Below, piece by piece: positions 25,769 to 38,593 of a stretch of 64,000 nucleotides of DNA. The notes under the pieces are model-generated. The model had not been told where the DNA came from. It worked only from the letters and a program-made list of their open reading frames with translations, and did not search any database. Every line of letters begins with the position of its first letter. Position 1 is the first letter of the stretch. The stretch spans positions 2,170,001-2,234,000 of the forward strand of contig OZ076409.1 in assembly GCA_964187785.1 (NCBI GenBank), given 5' to 3'. Both the position numbers and the translations under genes were made by a program. Source of the stretch: Amphiscolops sp. MND2022. Lineage: Eukaryota.

Positions 25769-26129
25769 CAGGGTTTTGACATCGCTAATTTTTTTCCGCT
25801 AATCGCTAAACCGCTAATTTGAAAATCGCTATTTCGCTGAAAAACTTTTTCTGCAAACTATTAAATGTTTAGCTTCAAGTATGTTTCAAAATAACTTATT
25901 CGGTTTTTGAAAGAAAAAAGACTAGAATTTTTTGTACTGCGCTTGTTTTACAAGGATAACAGTTGGAATTTTTCCGAAATTCATTTGAAACACCGTCTAT
26001 ACCCAAAAGAAATTTTCAATTTGGAGGGTCTGCTAGTTACCGCTAATTTGAATCGCTAATGAAATCGTTGAAAAATTCCTGCGCGGCCGCTAATTCGCTA
26101 AATCGCTGATTAGCGGTGTCAAAACTCTG
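25769..26129. mobile_element. hAT-type MITE (related to 16090-16538)
   Basis: TIRs cagggttttgac / gtcaaaactctg; TSD cacaaaac / tacaaaac. Confidence 0.85.
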
Positions 26130-26150
26130 TACAAAACCATCGTTGCTGAC

Positions 26151-26470
26151 CTGTTATTTCTGCGGGCACTGAGAGCTTTTTGGGCGCTTTTCTGGTACTT
26201 GTTACAACGTTCTTCGGGTTCTTCGTCATGGAATCGCTTCTCGTCCAAAGTTTCAGAAACTCTGCAGCCGTAGTTCGAAGAGGTAGTAGTGGTCCTTCCA
26301 GTGAAGTCCGGCTGCGTGCAAATAAGTTGCGCTAACTTGGACAAAGTCTGCAATATTTCGACAACGTAGCCTTGTGTTTCTTCACCTGTTTCTGCAACTG
26401 TGTCATTCAGCCGGATGAGAATGTCAGACACGTCTCGCGAAACTGGAATCACCTCAAGACCTCTGTATAC
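26151..26470 (-). CDS. fry: furry/FRY-like exon
   Basis: VYRGLEV...SDILIRLNDTVAETGEETQGYVVEILQTL resembles furry [24 protein letters not shown]. Acceptor ttttcag, donor AG|gtcagc, 320 bp, phase 0 to 2. Confidence 0.9.
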
Positions 26471-26853
26471 CTGAAAAGGAAAGGAGTAAGGTATTGAAAC
26501 ATTCAGTCCAAAAATCTTTGTATAACATATTTATCGAAGTGATCTGTTTTGGGGTATGGTTACAGGGTGAATACTAGAGGACAAAAAACACTACAGTCAA
26601 AATAACATCGGGACAAAATACCAGACTCGAATAAAAAAATTCGAACTTTAACCCTGTAAAATCCGCACAGTATGAAAAATTCTAGTTTTTTCGCAAATTT
26701 ATCATTTAATTTTGAAACATACTTGAACTCAAACGTTCAATATTTTGAAAAAGCATTTCAGCGAAATAGCGATTTTGAAATTAGCGATTTCGTGAATAAA
26801 GTAGCGATGTCAAAATCATGCCGGCGACCATAGCCGGATGCTGGCATAATAAC

Positions 26854-27142
26854 CTGGAAGGAGCGGCTGGCGTAATGTCTGGATGAAGAAGAGAGAGCCA
26901 TTTTGAGACTGAGATCGGCCCAGTCGTTCCGGATACTGGCATCCAGGGGCACTTCGCTGATGAAGTAGTTCTCAAACATGTCGGCCAGCACGTTCACCAG
27001 GGTGCTGACCTTGTCCGCACTCGCTATCGTCTGGTTCCTGGGCGCCACGTCCTCTGAAGTCCACAGAGGCTGCGAGATCTTGTGCAGTAGGTATTCCGCC
27101 ATCTTGGTTGGGGGGTTGTCGTCGTTGGAGATCTCAGAAATG
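26854..27142 (-). CDS. fry: furry/FRY-like exon
   Basis: QPLWTSEDV...WADLSLKMALSSSSRHYASRSFQ matches the conserved furry motif (ALxxSSRHYAGRSFQ). AG acceptor, GT donor, 289 bp, phase 2 to 0. Confidence 0.9.
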
Positions 27143-28196
27143 CTGTGAGACAATAATTCTGAATTGTTGATCTCGACAGTGATTTAGTCCTCAAATGAGG
27201 ACAGCGATTTTTTTCGCAATCAGTAAAAAAATACGAAACACAAAAGCAAATAGGAAAATTGGTCTTTTCTAACGACAATCTATTGGTCTAACTGGGGTTA
27301 GTTGTTATTTGTTCCATTATAGTTTTTCCGAGCCAGAAAAAGTGACTGGGAAAAGTGAAAACTTGAAAAATAGTATATTTCAAAACATAGCCTTTTCTCA
27401 ATTCCTGAGCAACTGTTTGCTAAATTACTGTCCCACTAGTAATAGAGTAGGCCACAATTGAAAAGGCATATAGAAGTTTTTTCAATGAAACTTCAGCTAT
27501 GAGTACGATTGGCATTTGAAAGGCGTTCTTACTCCAACAAGTGGCGCCAACTTCCAGCCTAACTATTGTGCATTTGAATGCCTAGGCAGAGCGCTTTCAG
27601 GAACGAAAAACAGATTTGAACTGCGCCTCTTATTCGTGGAGAAATGAAGCTTTGAAAAATTTCGCCAAATTTTTGTCAATTTTTCAACGCGGTGTACTTG
27701 GTTATGGCAATAAGCTGTTGTTTCTACAAGCCCCCGCCCGCACGGTACCGGAAAAAGAAACTAAAACTCTACAGAATGGGTCCAGGGGCTCACGTAACCG
27801 AAATTGAAGCTCAAGACGAGACACTCCAAACGCACTATATTTCATTTCTCTGGTATGCGTATTTGTGGAGATATTAATGATTTGAAATTTTTGTGCGGCC
27901 CACTGCTCACTGCAAAACTTTTGAGAAAACTGGATTTTGCCAAAAGCGGAGATTTGGAAAAAAAAACATTTTTTTGTGCAAAAAAACTCATTTTTCTCAG
28001 TTTTTGAGATATTCACTTTTTCTAATGCTTGTGCCATTCAAACCAATCTATGTACCAAAGAATTGTCGAGAAAAAACTGTGCTAGAGAATATGGGCTACT
28101 GGCAAAACGGATCAGAAATTGAAAAAAGGTATGTTGCTTAAAAGTAACGCTGGGTTGATTAGGGTTAAGATTATTAATGAAGGTTGTTGCATGAAC

Positions 28197-28346
28197 CTGT
28201 AAGAAGAGGATACACTTTCGGATCTGTGGTTGTGTGGTGAGACAGCGGTGGTGGAGATGAGGTCGGTGCCCTTGAGAAGCAGCGACTTGGAGGCCTGGTC
28301 TGCGTCAGTATCCAGCTGCGTCAGAATGAGGTTAATCAGAGTACGT
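28197..28346 (-). CDS. fry: furry/FRY-like exon (most 5' exon found in the window)
   Basis: Acceptor ttggtttcag, donor CAG|gttcat. 150 bp, phase 2 to 2 (RTLINLILTQLDTDADQ...), in frame with the next exon. Confidence 0.65.
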
Positions 28347-31300
28347 CTGAAACCAACCAACCAACCAAACATGACAACTGGCCACCATTACACGTGGAAC
28401 ACCGTGCACAAATTTTCGTCCAAATGGGATTGAAATTGATTTTCTGACAATTTTTTTTCGGAAATTATAGTCGATCTTGGCTATTTTTGCAAAAATTTTC
28501 GAAAGTACACTCACAGCGGCTAACCTCTACCCAGTTTTCTGCCGAACTAAACCATTTAGCCCAGTTGTGTTCTAGCAATCCCCGTGAAAAATTATGGGAC
28601 TTGACGAAACTTCCGAATTTTTTTTTAAAAACTTCAGGCATCCGAAAGTGAAGAAAATTCCGCACAACTAGGATTGCATGTGAATGCATGTAGAAAGTCC
28701 ATGTCGCAAATCTGAGTAGCAATCACACAACAACGTAAATACTATCGCCGTAACTCATGAAACCCATAAAGCTCAGAAAACAGTTTCGGTTTCCATTTTC
28801 GCAAATATGGAATGTACTTACGAGCGACGTTAAATTCGAAAAGTTTTTTTGAACTTCGTTTCAATTCAATACAACGCTTCTAGAGCATTGGCGTGTCGAA
28901 AGTGCCTTATTATCACCGTAGATGGTAAGAAAATCATTTTATACCATTGCGTATATCATTGTACTAGAAAAATACAATAGATGGGGTTTGTAGATCATAG
29001 GGCGTTTCATGCGGGTTTAGGGTTCTGAAAAAATTTTCAAAGTTTCTTGGGCATTCAGGATTTTGTGATAAGTAGACTTTCAAGATTGCTTTTAAACGTT
29101 CCTTTCGCATAGAACGCTTATAAACACTTTTTCAGGCTTTAGATTCTAACTTAGGCTTCCTAACTTGAATTTTTATAGGTTCTTTATGAAGTATTAGGTT
29201 TCAATTTGCTCCGACGGGCATAGTATGCAGCGAAGGCGTCTGCTTTTTTTGATGTTGCTGTGGAGGACGCTTTTGTTGACCGTCAGGGCCTCGTTTGGTT
29301 GGGAAGGTGGTGTTGTGTTGTCGAGGGAGTGGAAAACGCGCCAAAACATGCTGGGGACAGTGCTGAACTCTTTTTTCATTGCAGGATCTCCAGCTGCGTA
29401 CTTTCCGTCTCACTTTTTGGCATGTTTCTATCCATTCTTTGCAGTGCATGCGTACCATCCTTCTAAACTTGTTCCGTTGTTTGATTCGACTTTTGATAGC
29501 CGGAGTTAGGTATCTCTTTGTTTTCGTGCCTGGTTTTGTTCGAGGGACCGTTTGTTTCGCTGCCCTGATGACCGCTTCTTGGAAATTCTCTCGATGGTGC
29601 AGCTTGTTGTACTATCTACCTTCTCTTCTAGTAGTTCGCTAAAGGCAGATAGGTTAGCGTTTTTCGTCCATCGCGATGTTCTCTGAACAAGCTTTATTGT
29701 TTTGCTTTCACAGAGGAGTGTGGTTTTTGACGACAAGAGATCTGAACCTCCAATGTCTTCTTGTGGTCCACTGTATCCTGTTCAACCACTGCGATGGCGC
29801 CAGGAAGACGTCTGCAGTGCTCTCGTTGCCAGTATCTCGGTTGATTCTGGCTGCTGAGCCATCGTTGGCGCAGTATAGGTTGCTGTCCGATAGCCACTCT
29901 TCGATCCGTTCTCCTCTACTATCTGGTGGTTGCTTTGGATCTCACAAGGCTGAATGGCAAAGGAAAGTTTGATGATGTTAAAACCAGGAGAGGCTGAACA
30001 GGTCAGGAGACAAAGAAGTTCATCAAAAAAGCCATAAAAGAACTTGGTTTTGTTAGTACTGAAGGTCAATTGAAAATGTCAACAGCTGGAAGAGAAGGTG
30101 ATGTACGGTGACGTTGACCTGGCTGACCGTGGTGGAGATACTCCAAATGTGATAACAAAAACATTGCCAAGGCTTTGTTTCTTTCCCCCGAGTATGGTAA
30201 GGTAATCATCGATCCGCGCAAAGCTCTCAACCGGAATTCATCGCGCCAAGCTTCGGATACCAAGCGAACCGAACTGCACAAAAGAGCGATAGAATTTGCA
30301 CCGGGCACTATCTATTCTGAGGAATTATACAGACACACTTTGAAGATACAGCAACTATGCAACAAATCTTGATTTATGCTTTTCGTTGATTTCACTAAAA
30401 GATCTAGATTTTGCTTTCATAATTTCTAGATAAAACAAACTCCGTTGTATCCAGTTTTCTTGTATAGCTGGGATTCGGGAAACAGCCGAAAAAAGCTCAA
30501 AAACGACCAAAAGACAACCTTTTAGACTTTTCTCAAAAACATTGTGAACGATGTCGATGGTCCGTCGCATACTGAAAACAAATATTGAGAGGGCTCTGTG
30601 CGTTCAGTTTTATTGTGAAAGTTTTGCAATGATGCACGATCAGCAAAACTCCCGTTTCCCAATTCGCTCTAGTGCCAAGGTCAGTTATTCAGAAATGGAC
30701 TGTGTTAATGTTCCGTCTCTAAAGTATGTCAGCTACTGGAAACGTTGGAAATTGAAATTAAACATTGGACAGCGATAGACGTGCAGCAACAGAATCAAAT
30801 GCTGGATGTGTATCAAACTTGAATCAAAAGTTAGTGCAATTTGATACCAGCAAAAAATTATGCGTTGGTCCCCACTGCGTCGTTAACTGATTTTTCAGAA
30901 TACGAAAAAAGCTCGGAAGGGTCTCCCAGTTTCAACCAACGAAAAATTGATGCATAAAGAGAAAAATCTGCTAGATTTCAGCGGCGGTCGACGTGGTTTC
31001 CGATCTGATGGTCGTTATCTAGCAAGGATAATTCACACACCGGAAGAACACGAACCATACTGCTTCTCACCGAGGAAGTTTTCACATCATGTTGAATTTC
31101 CACGCCAGTCAGCTATTGAATCTGATGCTAAAGCCTTTCGAAGTGAATGAAAAAGGTGCATTCTTATTGAAAAAGTGCACTGCAGCGTCATGGTCAAAAT
31201 GTGAAGTTTCAAAACAGCATTGAATAAAGACATCAAATGTGTGTCAACTCTGTGGGAAAGTTAACTAGGCTTATCTTCGCGCCAAGGATGCTGCCAATAT

Positions 31301-31849
31301 TGTGGGCCCGCAGGAGCGGTTCATGAGGAAGAAGAAACTTTTAAGTTCCCAAAAACTCTGGAAATAGCTGTTTGATGTGCTTGAAAAGTTAAAAAAGGGT
31401 TCAATTCACTTTTTCATGTGTCAGCTGTTTGTTGAACGTCTTGCAGTTTTTCCAGGAGCTATTTCGCTTTTCAAAATGGTTTGTTTCCAGAAAAATATGT
31501 CTCGTTATGGAGCAAGTGATGTCAAAGTTTCTTGGAGGACATTGTCATTGCAAAGATCCATGGGGCAGAGAAGAAACAATCAAACAAGGTTCAGAAGTTT
31601 CTTGACATGGTATATCAAGTGTGAAGCCCTTCAATGCGTTCATATCATCAAAGTTGACTATTTGCCTCAGATCACATTCACGCCTCTAGGAGTTTTCAGT
31701 AAAATGTCATGTTCTGTCGGTTCTGTAATTCCAGGAGTTACCGATTTCTTGTCGGAAATGGCTTCTGAAGACTTCCAGAAGGAGTCAATGATTTCTCCCA
31801 TCTGACTAGCTTTCGTACAATCCCAACATCAATTACATCGGAACCAGAT

Positions 31850-34290
31850 CAGTTCTCAAAGCGAAAGTATGCCGTGACATTGCAGAAGGTGTAGAAGAGA
31901 TGGTTTTTTGTGGTAGTCATTTTTGGGCACTTCACTGTAAATTGCTCGTGTGCCTCGAAAGAAAAGCATGCCGAACCCTTTGCAAATAAACTTGCACACC
32001 GCAAACGGAAGAAACGCAGATTTTTGACCCTTCGAGTGTTACAAAGCACCCCAAGCGTTCGAAAAGAACTATGTCAAGATCTCTTTTCATGTAAGAGATC
32101 CACGTCATCGATGTCGAACTGAATGTATTTCGCAATCTGAATTGTCTAGTTCGGACTCTTCCGGGATGACCATTCTGGATTAAGACGAAACTTTGCACTC
32201 GGGTGAACTCCCAACAGTATCTTCAATTATTTTTTGTCAAAGTGCAGAAATGAACTTGAACAACAGCGACAAGAAACTAGACAACAGCAACTGGGTGCAC
32301 GAGTGTCAAGAGAATAACAACGATTCGACATTCTCGCATGCAGGGATGGGTTTCACCGAAAATATAGGTTCAAAAAGCTCTTGATTTTGGTTTAAACGGA
32401 CGCTTTTAATCAAGCAATGGCTAGGAAGACGTAAGAAGGCGTCTCAGGTAATATAGCTTTAGTGTCTAAAAAATATTTTTTTCCTGAACATTTTTGAGAA
32501 ACAACCATGTTAACAGTAGTTTTGCTTCAGTTTTTTGAACTTTTTGTTGATCTTTTTGTGTTAAAGAGTTCCAATTAAAACTATCTTTTTTTCAAAGTAG
32601 ATGAAAGTGCGGCTTCTCTTTCTTCTCATGAAGGGGACAGTCAGTCCGTCTACAGTGAATCAAAAACCTCGTTCATTCGACGAAATAAGCACTATATTGA
32701 GTAATTTAGGAGCAGTTCCGACAAATCGCCATTAATAACCGGAATACCTCCAGTTAGAGGCGATGTTATTTTGGTAATTCATTCAAATCCCGGAAGTTGA
32801 GCAATTGGCCTTTTTAGCTGCACTGTTCCAACTTGCCACCAAAACTGAGATCTGCTTTTCAAAACATCTCACTTCTTGTTATCTGGTACAGTTCAACAGA
32901 ACCGAATTGGAGTCGTGTTTTGTCAAGTGAATTTCGAATTGGAAGCACTCATGCAGACTCAGGAAGATCCCCACTTAGGGAATCACCGATGTTAAATCTT
33001 GATTTCGGTATGTGATCTGCCCGCAAAAGCTGCTGCACCGAACATGAATCAGTTCAATGGGTTCAATGGTTGCACACATTGCCTACTCATTGGTACGCGC
33101 AAGGAAGCGAGGATGATTCATCCATTTGAAGCAGCTATCAAACCTAGAGACGCAGCATCGTTCAAACTTCATTCAGAAGAGGCTGAATTGAAATGAGTGG
33201 TAGCTGGTATCAAAGGTTCGTCACCGCTCAGCTCTGTTCCGAACTTCCCTGATGAAACTCTGGTTGAAGTTATGCATCGAGTTTTCCAAGGAACTGGGAA
33301 AACTTTCAAAAATGTTTTTAAAAGCCTTGAGGCCTCTTGAAATGAAAGAATTCAACTCGTTTTCGAAGAAGGCTCTGATACCAGCCGAGTTTTTGCGCAA
33401 ATGCAAAGACGTTGCGGAAATGATTTTTTGGAAAGCCGGGACTTCAAAGTTTTGTTCTTTCACCTAATCCCCTTGAGTTTCGACGGTTTTCAACGTTTAG
33501 ACAACGAAAACTGAGAGCTTCTACTGTCTCTGTCTGGCACTAAGAATACTGAGTGGGGCAACAGTTGTTGAGGACATCTTTAGCCCCGAATTGTTGATAG
33601 AAAAGTTAGCGCCGAAAAGAAAAATTGTTTGGAGAAGAACTGCAGTTATAATTTCCAATCGATGCGATATTTGTGTAACCATGTCAGGCGACTAGGACCT
33701 CTGTGGAATTGCTCAGCCTTCGGATTTGAATCGGCAAATCATTTTCTGGTACGTGCTTTGTCTGGCACGACAAAAACACCAGAGAGCCTTGTCGGAATGG
33801 TCGTTAAGAACAGGTGGACGTTAGTGACTTTCAAAGAGAAGGATGCAATTGATACCAACCAGGAAAGTATCGGAATGTTGACTGATGTTTATCAGGAAGG
33901 CGAACTTCAGCAAAAATTCGATTCAGTCGAAAGTTTTTCGGACGTTTAAAAAACAAGAACGGAAATCTTTCTGCCTCCAAATTGTACTCAAGGTTGAAAG
34001 GAAACCTTTCCAACTATGTTGCCTGGACTCGTCAAAGGCAATTTTTTCTCATTGAAACTTTTTTGACCTCGAATGGACGGAAACTTGAAACTGAAGATTC
34101 GGTGTGGTCAACACTAAGAGGAGATAGCCAATGTCTGATGGAGTTTCTAAGAAGCTTTTTCATCGTTTGAAAGACCCTGTAGATCTTGAATTCAAGGAAC
34201 CTGATGTCTTTAGGGGTAAATGAGTCCTGACGGCAACAGACACACCAAACGAAATTTTTGCCAGCTTGCTCAGCGAAGGATTCGAACACA
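31850..34290 (+). pseudogene. Decayed CACTA/EnSpm (Transposase_21-like) transposase
   Basis: LPPKLRSAFQNISL...WYSSTEPNW; VCDLPAKAAAPNMNQFNGFNGCTHCL; HVRRLGPLWNCSAFGFESAN. Heavily frameshifted; boundaries approximate. Confidence 0.85.
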
Positions 34291-34884
34291 ATTGAATGTT
34301 TTTCTATATTGTATTTTGTAATGAAACAGTTTTATATTCCTTACGACTAAACACAGTGAAAACAACTAGCTGTATGCTAGTTTTTTTCGATGATGTGAAG
34401 AGAGAATTTTTAAGATTTGAAAAGTACTAAAAAGCAAATGATATTATTCTAATCATCCCTGACAATCATTGTGATCAAAGAATATCAGTTTCATGAAGTT
34501 TCAGTCTTTGCTCAAAAAGTTTTTTAGAGCCTTCTTAAACTGTGGTTGAAGCGGAAATGCTGAGAAAATTGAACAATTGAGTGGAAAGGATTTCATTGGC
34601 ACGTGGTTTCGGAGCAATGCCGAAGGTTCCCATGAGGTAAGGTGTAAAATGACCGATCAATTTTTCCACATCGAGAACTTTGTGAGAAACTGTGAGCACC
34701 AAAGTCTAGTCAAAGAAACGATAGGATACTGAAGTAAGACTTGTCATACTTCTTTGAGAATTGAAAATATTTCTAAATTTTCGCAGCCACTTGATAGTGA
34801 AATTTCAGCATGTTCATTTTTTTTGAAAGACTGCCAGAATCAAAGAGTTCAAATGGTTTCGATGAAAATGAGAGCTGATGGTAA

Positions 34885-35327
34885 TAGGGATGTACCGGAA
34901 TGCGTTTTTGAGTTCCGGCCGGAACCGGACCGGAACCGCAAGTCGATTTCCAGTTCCGGCCGGAACCGGACCGGAACTTTGATTGTGCTATCCTACATTT
35001 ACGTAACATGTTTTTTGCTTTGTATCGATTGCTTTATATGCGATTTCTCAGATAAAAAACTTGCATACTGACTTTCAGCGTTTAATTTATTTTAAGATAT
35101 TTTATGGTATCAGCCGTGTGGACATATTTTACTGTAAAGTACTTTTATTTCTTCACCATAATCTGAAATTGTTTTAGTCCATCGTATCAATTCAAGAAAC
35201 AATTCAAAACAATTTGGAAACAAGGCTGTTTTAGGAGAATTTTGTTCCGGCCGGAAACAATGATGATTCCGGCCGGAACTGGAACTTTTTTGAAATCCGG
35301 CCGGACCGGAATTCCGGTACATTCCTA
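34885..35327. mobile_element. hAT-type MITE (ccggaac subterminal repeats)
   Basis: TIR tagggatgtaccggaat; TSD gatggtaa / gatggtag. The empty site is seen at ~55888 and ~59402. Confidence 0.92.
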
Positions 35328-36909
35328 GATGGTAGTATAACATCTGATGTGGAGTCAATGCCTTGAGCAAGGAATAGAATGTAGTGCTTAAACTAAAACA
35401 TTGGTTCATTTTCATTTTCGTATCTTAGTCCTCAAATTTATCGTTTCACTGGAAGTTATTCTCATAGTGTCGAAAACGATGTATGTTTTGTGATAAACTG
35501 CATTTTTGCACGAAGATTGAAAAATTGGAAAAAGGGCGTCACATCCAGCTTTTTTGGATATTCACGAGGGACCGTTCTAGTTTTTTCGACTCTCCACTAG
35601 AATATCAAGTATCCAAGAGTTATCAAAATTTCCATTTTCGAAATTTTTGCATCTTGGTTAGTCATTAAGTCTGTCAACGGATTTTGCTTCCCTGCTCAAT
35701 TTTCTTCCACTTTCTCAGCTGTTTTTTGCCCGCTGCATCTAGACTACTTTTTCTGAGTCACAGGCTATAGTAACAAAATTTGGTTTTTGTACTCTATGGC
35801 AAGTTTCTTTTATGGCAGGTTCTTCGTAAAACACACCAAAATGATTCATTTCACAATTTACACAGGCGACGCAATAGGAGCCAAAGAATCCGAATGTTAC
35901 AGTTACTAAGTGTTTTTTACAGCGGACGTTTCCCGAGAAAAAGTTTTTTCTCCAGTTGCGCTCAATGTAAATGTTCGTGGTCCGGGTCATCTCCCCCCAA
36001 CCTCTTCCGCCTCCATCGGGGAGGGCCCTGAGTGGCGGCTCCATGTTCAGAAAACTTACGTTATAAAACGACCCCTCAAAACAACTATCTCGAAAACGAG
36101 CCCTACGATTTGGCTGAAATTTTGCAATGCGGCTGCAGAATTCCGATACAAGGACAAATCCCTACCATTTTTCTGTCTATAGCCAAAATGTTGGTCAAAA
36201 ATGACAATTTTTGAGTGAAAAATGGTCATTTTTCAACTCTGAGCGGCTATAACTCCTTCCAGGGGGCTCGGAGCGATACCGTACCGGACGGCAATATTGT
36301 TCAGCGCTTCAAGTAGAACCTGTAGATGTATTTTGGTGCCATTCGGATAAAAATTGATTGAGTAATAGCCGCAAACCTGCCAATTTTTGCCCAAATTTTT
36401 TTCGAGATCTCCTAAAGGCCTCCCCTGGCCGAACTACCTCCCAGCAAAACCATTTGGCCCTTTTGCCGCAGTTTCAGCGTTCCCGCATTCACCGGGTAAG
36501 AGATAAATGACTTAGAATTTTATTTCCTCGAAAAATTAAAAAAAATTCTTCAATCCTCCCAAAGTCCAGAAACTTCCACACAACTAGTATTGCAAGTGGA
36601 TGCAAGTGGAAAGTACTCGGATAGACAAGAAAAATGGGCTATAAAACAGCTCTGTAGCTTAACCTGACGTTGACTTATGACATTTTGAGTGTGTGCTTGC
36701 TATGTGGTAAGCTTAAAATGGAAGCTAAGTATCATCCAAAACTCATCGGAAAGCGTTCAATCAACCCCAGAGCTGTCTAATTCCCGCTGTTTAGTGCAGC
36801 AACAGTGTTTAAGGCCTTTTGGCCCCTTTTTGGTAAGTTTTGAAACCGTCTTTTCCTTCGAATAGCACAAAACAGTTACGTACATTCTATCTCCCTTTCG
36901 GAGAAAATT

Positions 36910-37340
36910 TTTTCCTTATGGGTTGACCAGACGCCCAAGTAGGTCTGGCACGCTTTTCGGCACCGCGTTTCCTGAAGCCGCTGAGATAGGTAGGTTGTTT
37001 CTTGTAAAAATTCACTCGAAAATTGTTTTCTTATGGGTTGACCAGACGCCCCAGTAGGTCTGGCACGCTTTTAGGCACCGCGTTTCCTGAAGCCGCTGAG
37101 ATAGGTAAGTTGTTTTTTTGGAAAAATTCACTGAAAATTTTTTCTCATGGGTTGACCAGACGCCCAACTAGGTCTGACACGCTTTTCGGCACCGCGTTTC
37201 CTGAATCCGCTGAGATAGGTAAGTTGTTTTTTGTGAAAATTCACTCGACACTTTTTTTCTCACGCGTTGACCAGACGCCCCAGTAGGTCTGGCACGCTTT
37301 TCGGCACCGCGTTTCCTGAAGCCGCTGAGATAGGTAAGTT
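36910..37340. repeat. ~115-bp tandem repeat, 4 copies, with an internal palindrome
   Basis: gttgaccagacgccc(a/c)agtaggtctggcacgcttttcggcaccgcgtttcctgaagccgctgagataggt at ~36922, 37037, 37151 and 37266. Confidence 0.92.
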
Positions 37341-37925
37341 TAAAGAATTTTCATACTCTGCGTTTTAAGGTTGCGTTTTTAGGCTCAAGTTTTTTTCATA
37401 GAACTAGCTTTCTCCACAATTAAGTATGTAGGTTAAGTGTAGGTTTTAAACCGATATTAAGTGGGAGTGAATTGACTAATAGATTATCGTGTATTTTGTT
37501 TTTTATCAGGGACAGCAACGACGAAGAAAATGGTAGTAGATTGACGCAGCATGTTTTATCAGTTGAATAATACACTATTTATTTCTTTAATTCATCTATT
37601 GAAGAGTTTATTCTTGTTAATTGAAACCTTTAAAACCGAATCTTTTTCTAATCCATTTCGCATTCTTTCGAATATCATTACTTCTTCATCAAATGCTTAT
37701 ATATATTTCTTTGGTGTTGCTTTTTTCCATTTTCCATGGCGAGCGACGGTCTACCGATACAATGGTGGCCAAATGCTCCGAAATGCTTCTTTATGTCTTT
37801 GGTGTTGCTTTTTTTTCATTTTCCATGGCGAGCGACGTTCTACCGATACAAAGGGTGGACAAATGCTCTGAAACAGTTGCATAAATTTCTATTGGTATTA
37901 AAGATTTCCTCATTTTTTGAGAACA

Positions 37926-38593
37926 ATGCAAACAACTGAGAATATAAACGCCAAGTCGTTCCTTGTCGAACAAGTTTTGGACGCAAAACCCTTACTTATA
38001 CTTGCGGACAGTTTGCTATGGGGTTTTCGGATGTCTGAAGCGGATCTCATTTCCATAAAAGGCGCTAGACCTCAAGATATTCAACAGTTTCTACTTAATA
38101 ATCAAGTAGCCCTCAACGGATATAGAGCCATAGCAGTTGTTTGCGGAGGGAATTGCTATAAAGAAAAAAAGAAGAATGACATTAGGGCCAAACTGTTCGC
38201 CATTTCGTGTTAGTAATTGTTTTCTTTACTCAAAACTAATTCAATTTTTTCATTACAAATTTCGATATAGAGATTTAAAGATTGATTCACTTTAAAATGT
38301 CATTTAGTTCGTTTTCAGGCTTACGGTCTGCTGATCGATTTACCCATTTACTGATGGAGCAATCCACCGGTCGGATCAAAATAATTGGCGTGCCACCGCG
38401 CCATGATGGCACGAATGAATCAATCGACAAATTAAATTCGTTGTTAAAACTCGATCGAGGATTCGGGTACAAGTACATTGGAGTGTCATGCTCCCTTAGC
38501 AATGAAACCGTCCTCGGTCAAGACAAAGTCCATCTGGAAGCTGAGGGCAAATCCAAGTTAAAGAGAGTAATCAAGAACAAGATAATATGTTAG
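37926..38593 (+). CDS. SGNH/GDSL hydrolase-like gene, two exons (intron 38209-38318), probably transposon-borne
   Basis: Block I ILADSL, block II SIKGA, block III VVCGGN, GVPPR, block V DKVHL. GT...AG intron; the spliced frame is open. Confidence 0.7.

Noticed and set aside
36910..37340. Palindromic repeats as a CRISPR array
   Set aside because: The sequences between palindromes are themselves repeated, so this is a tandem repeat.
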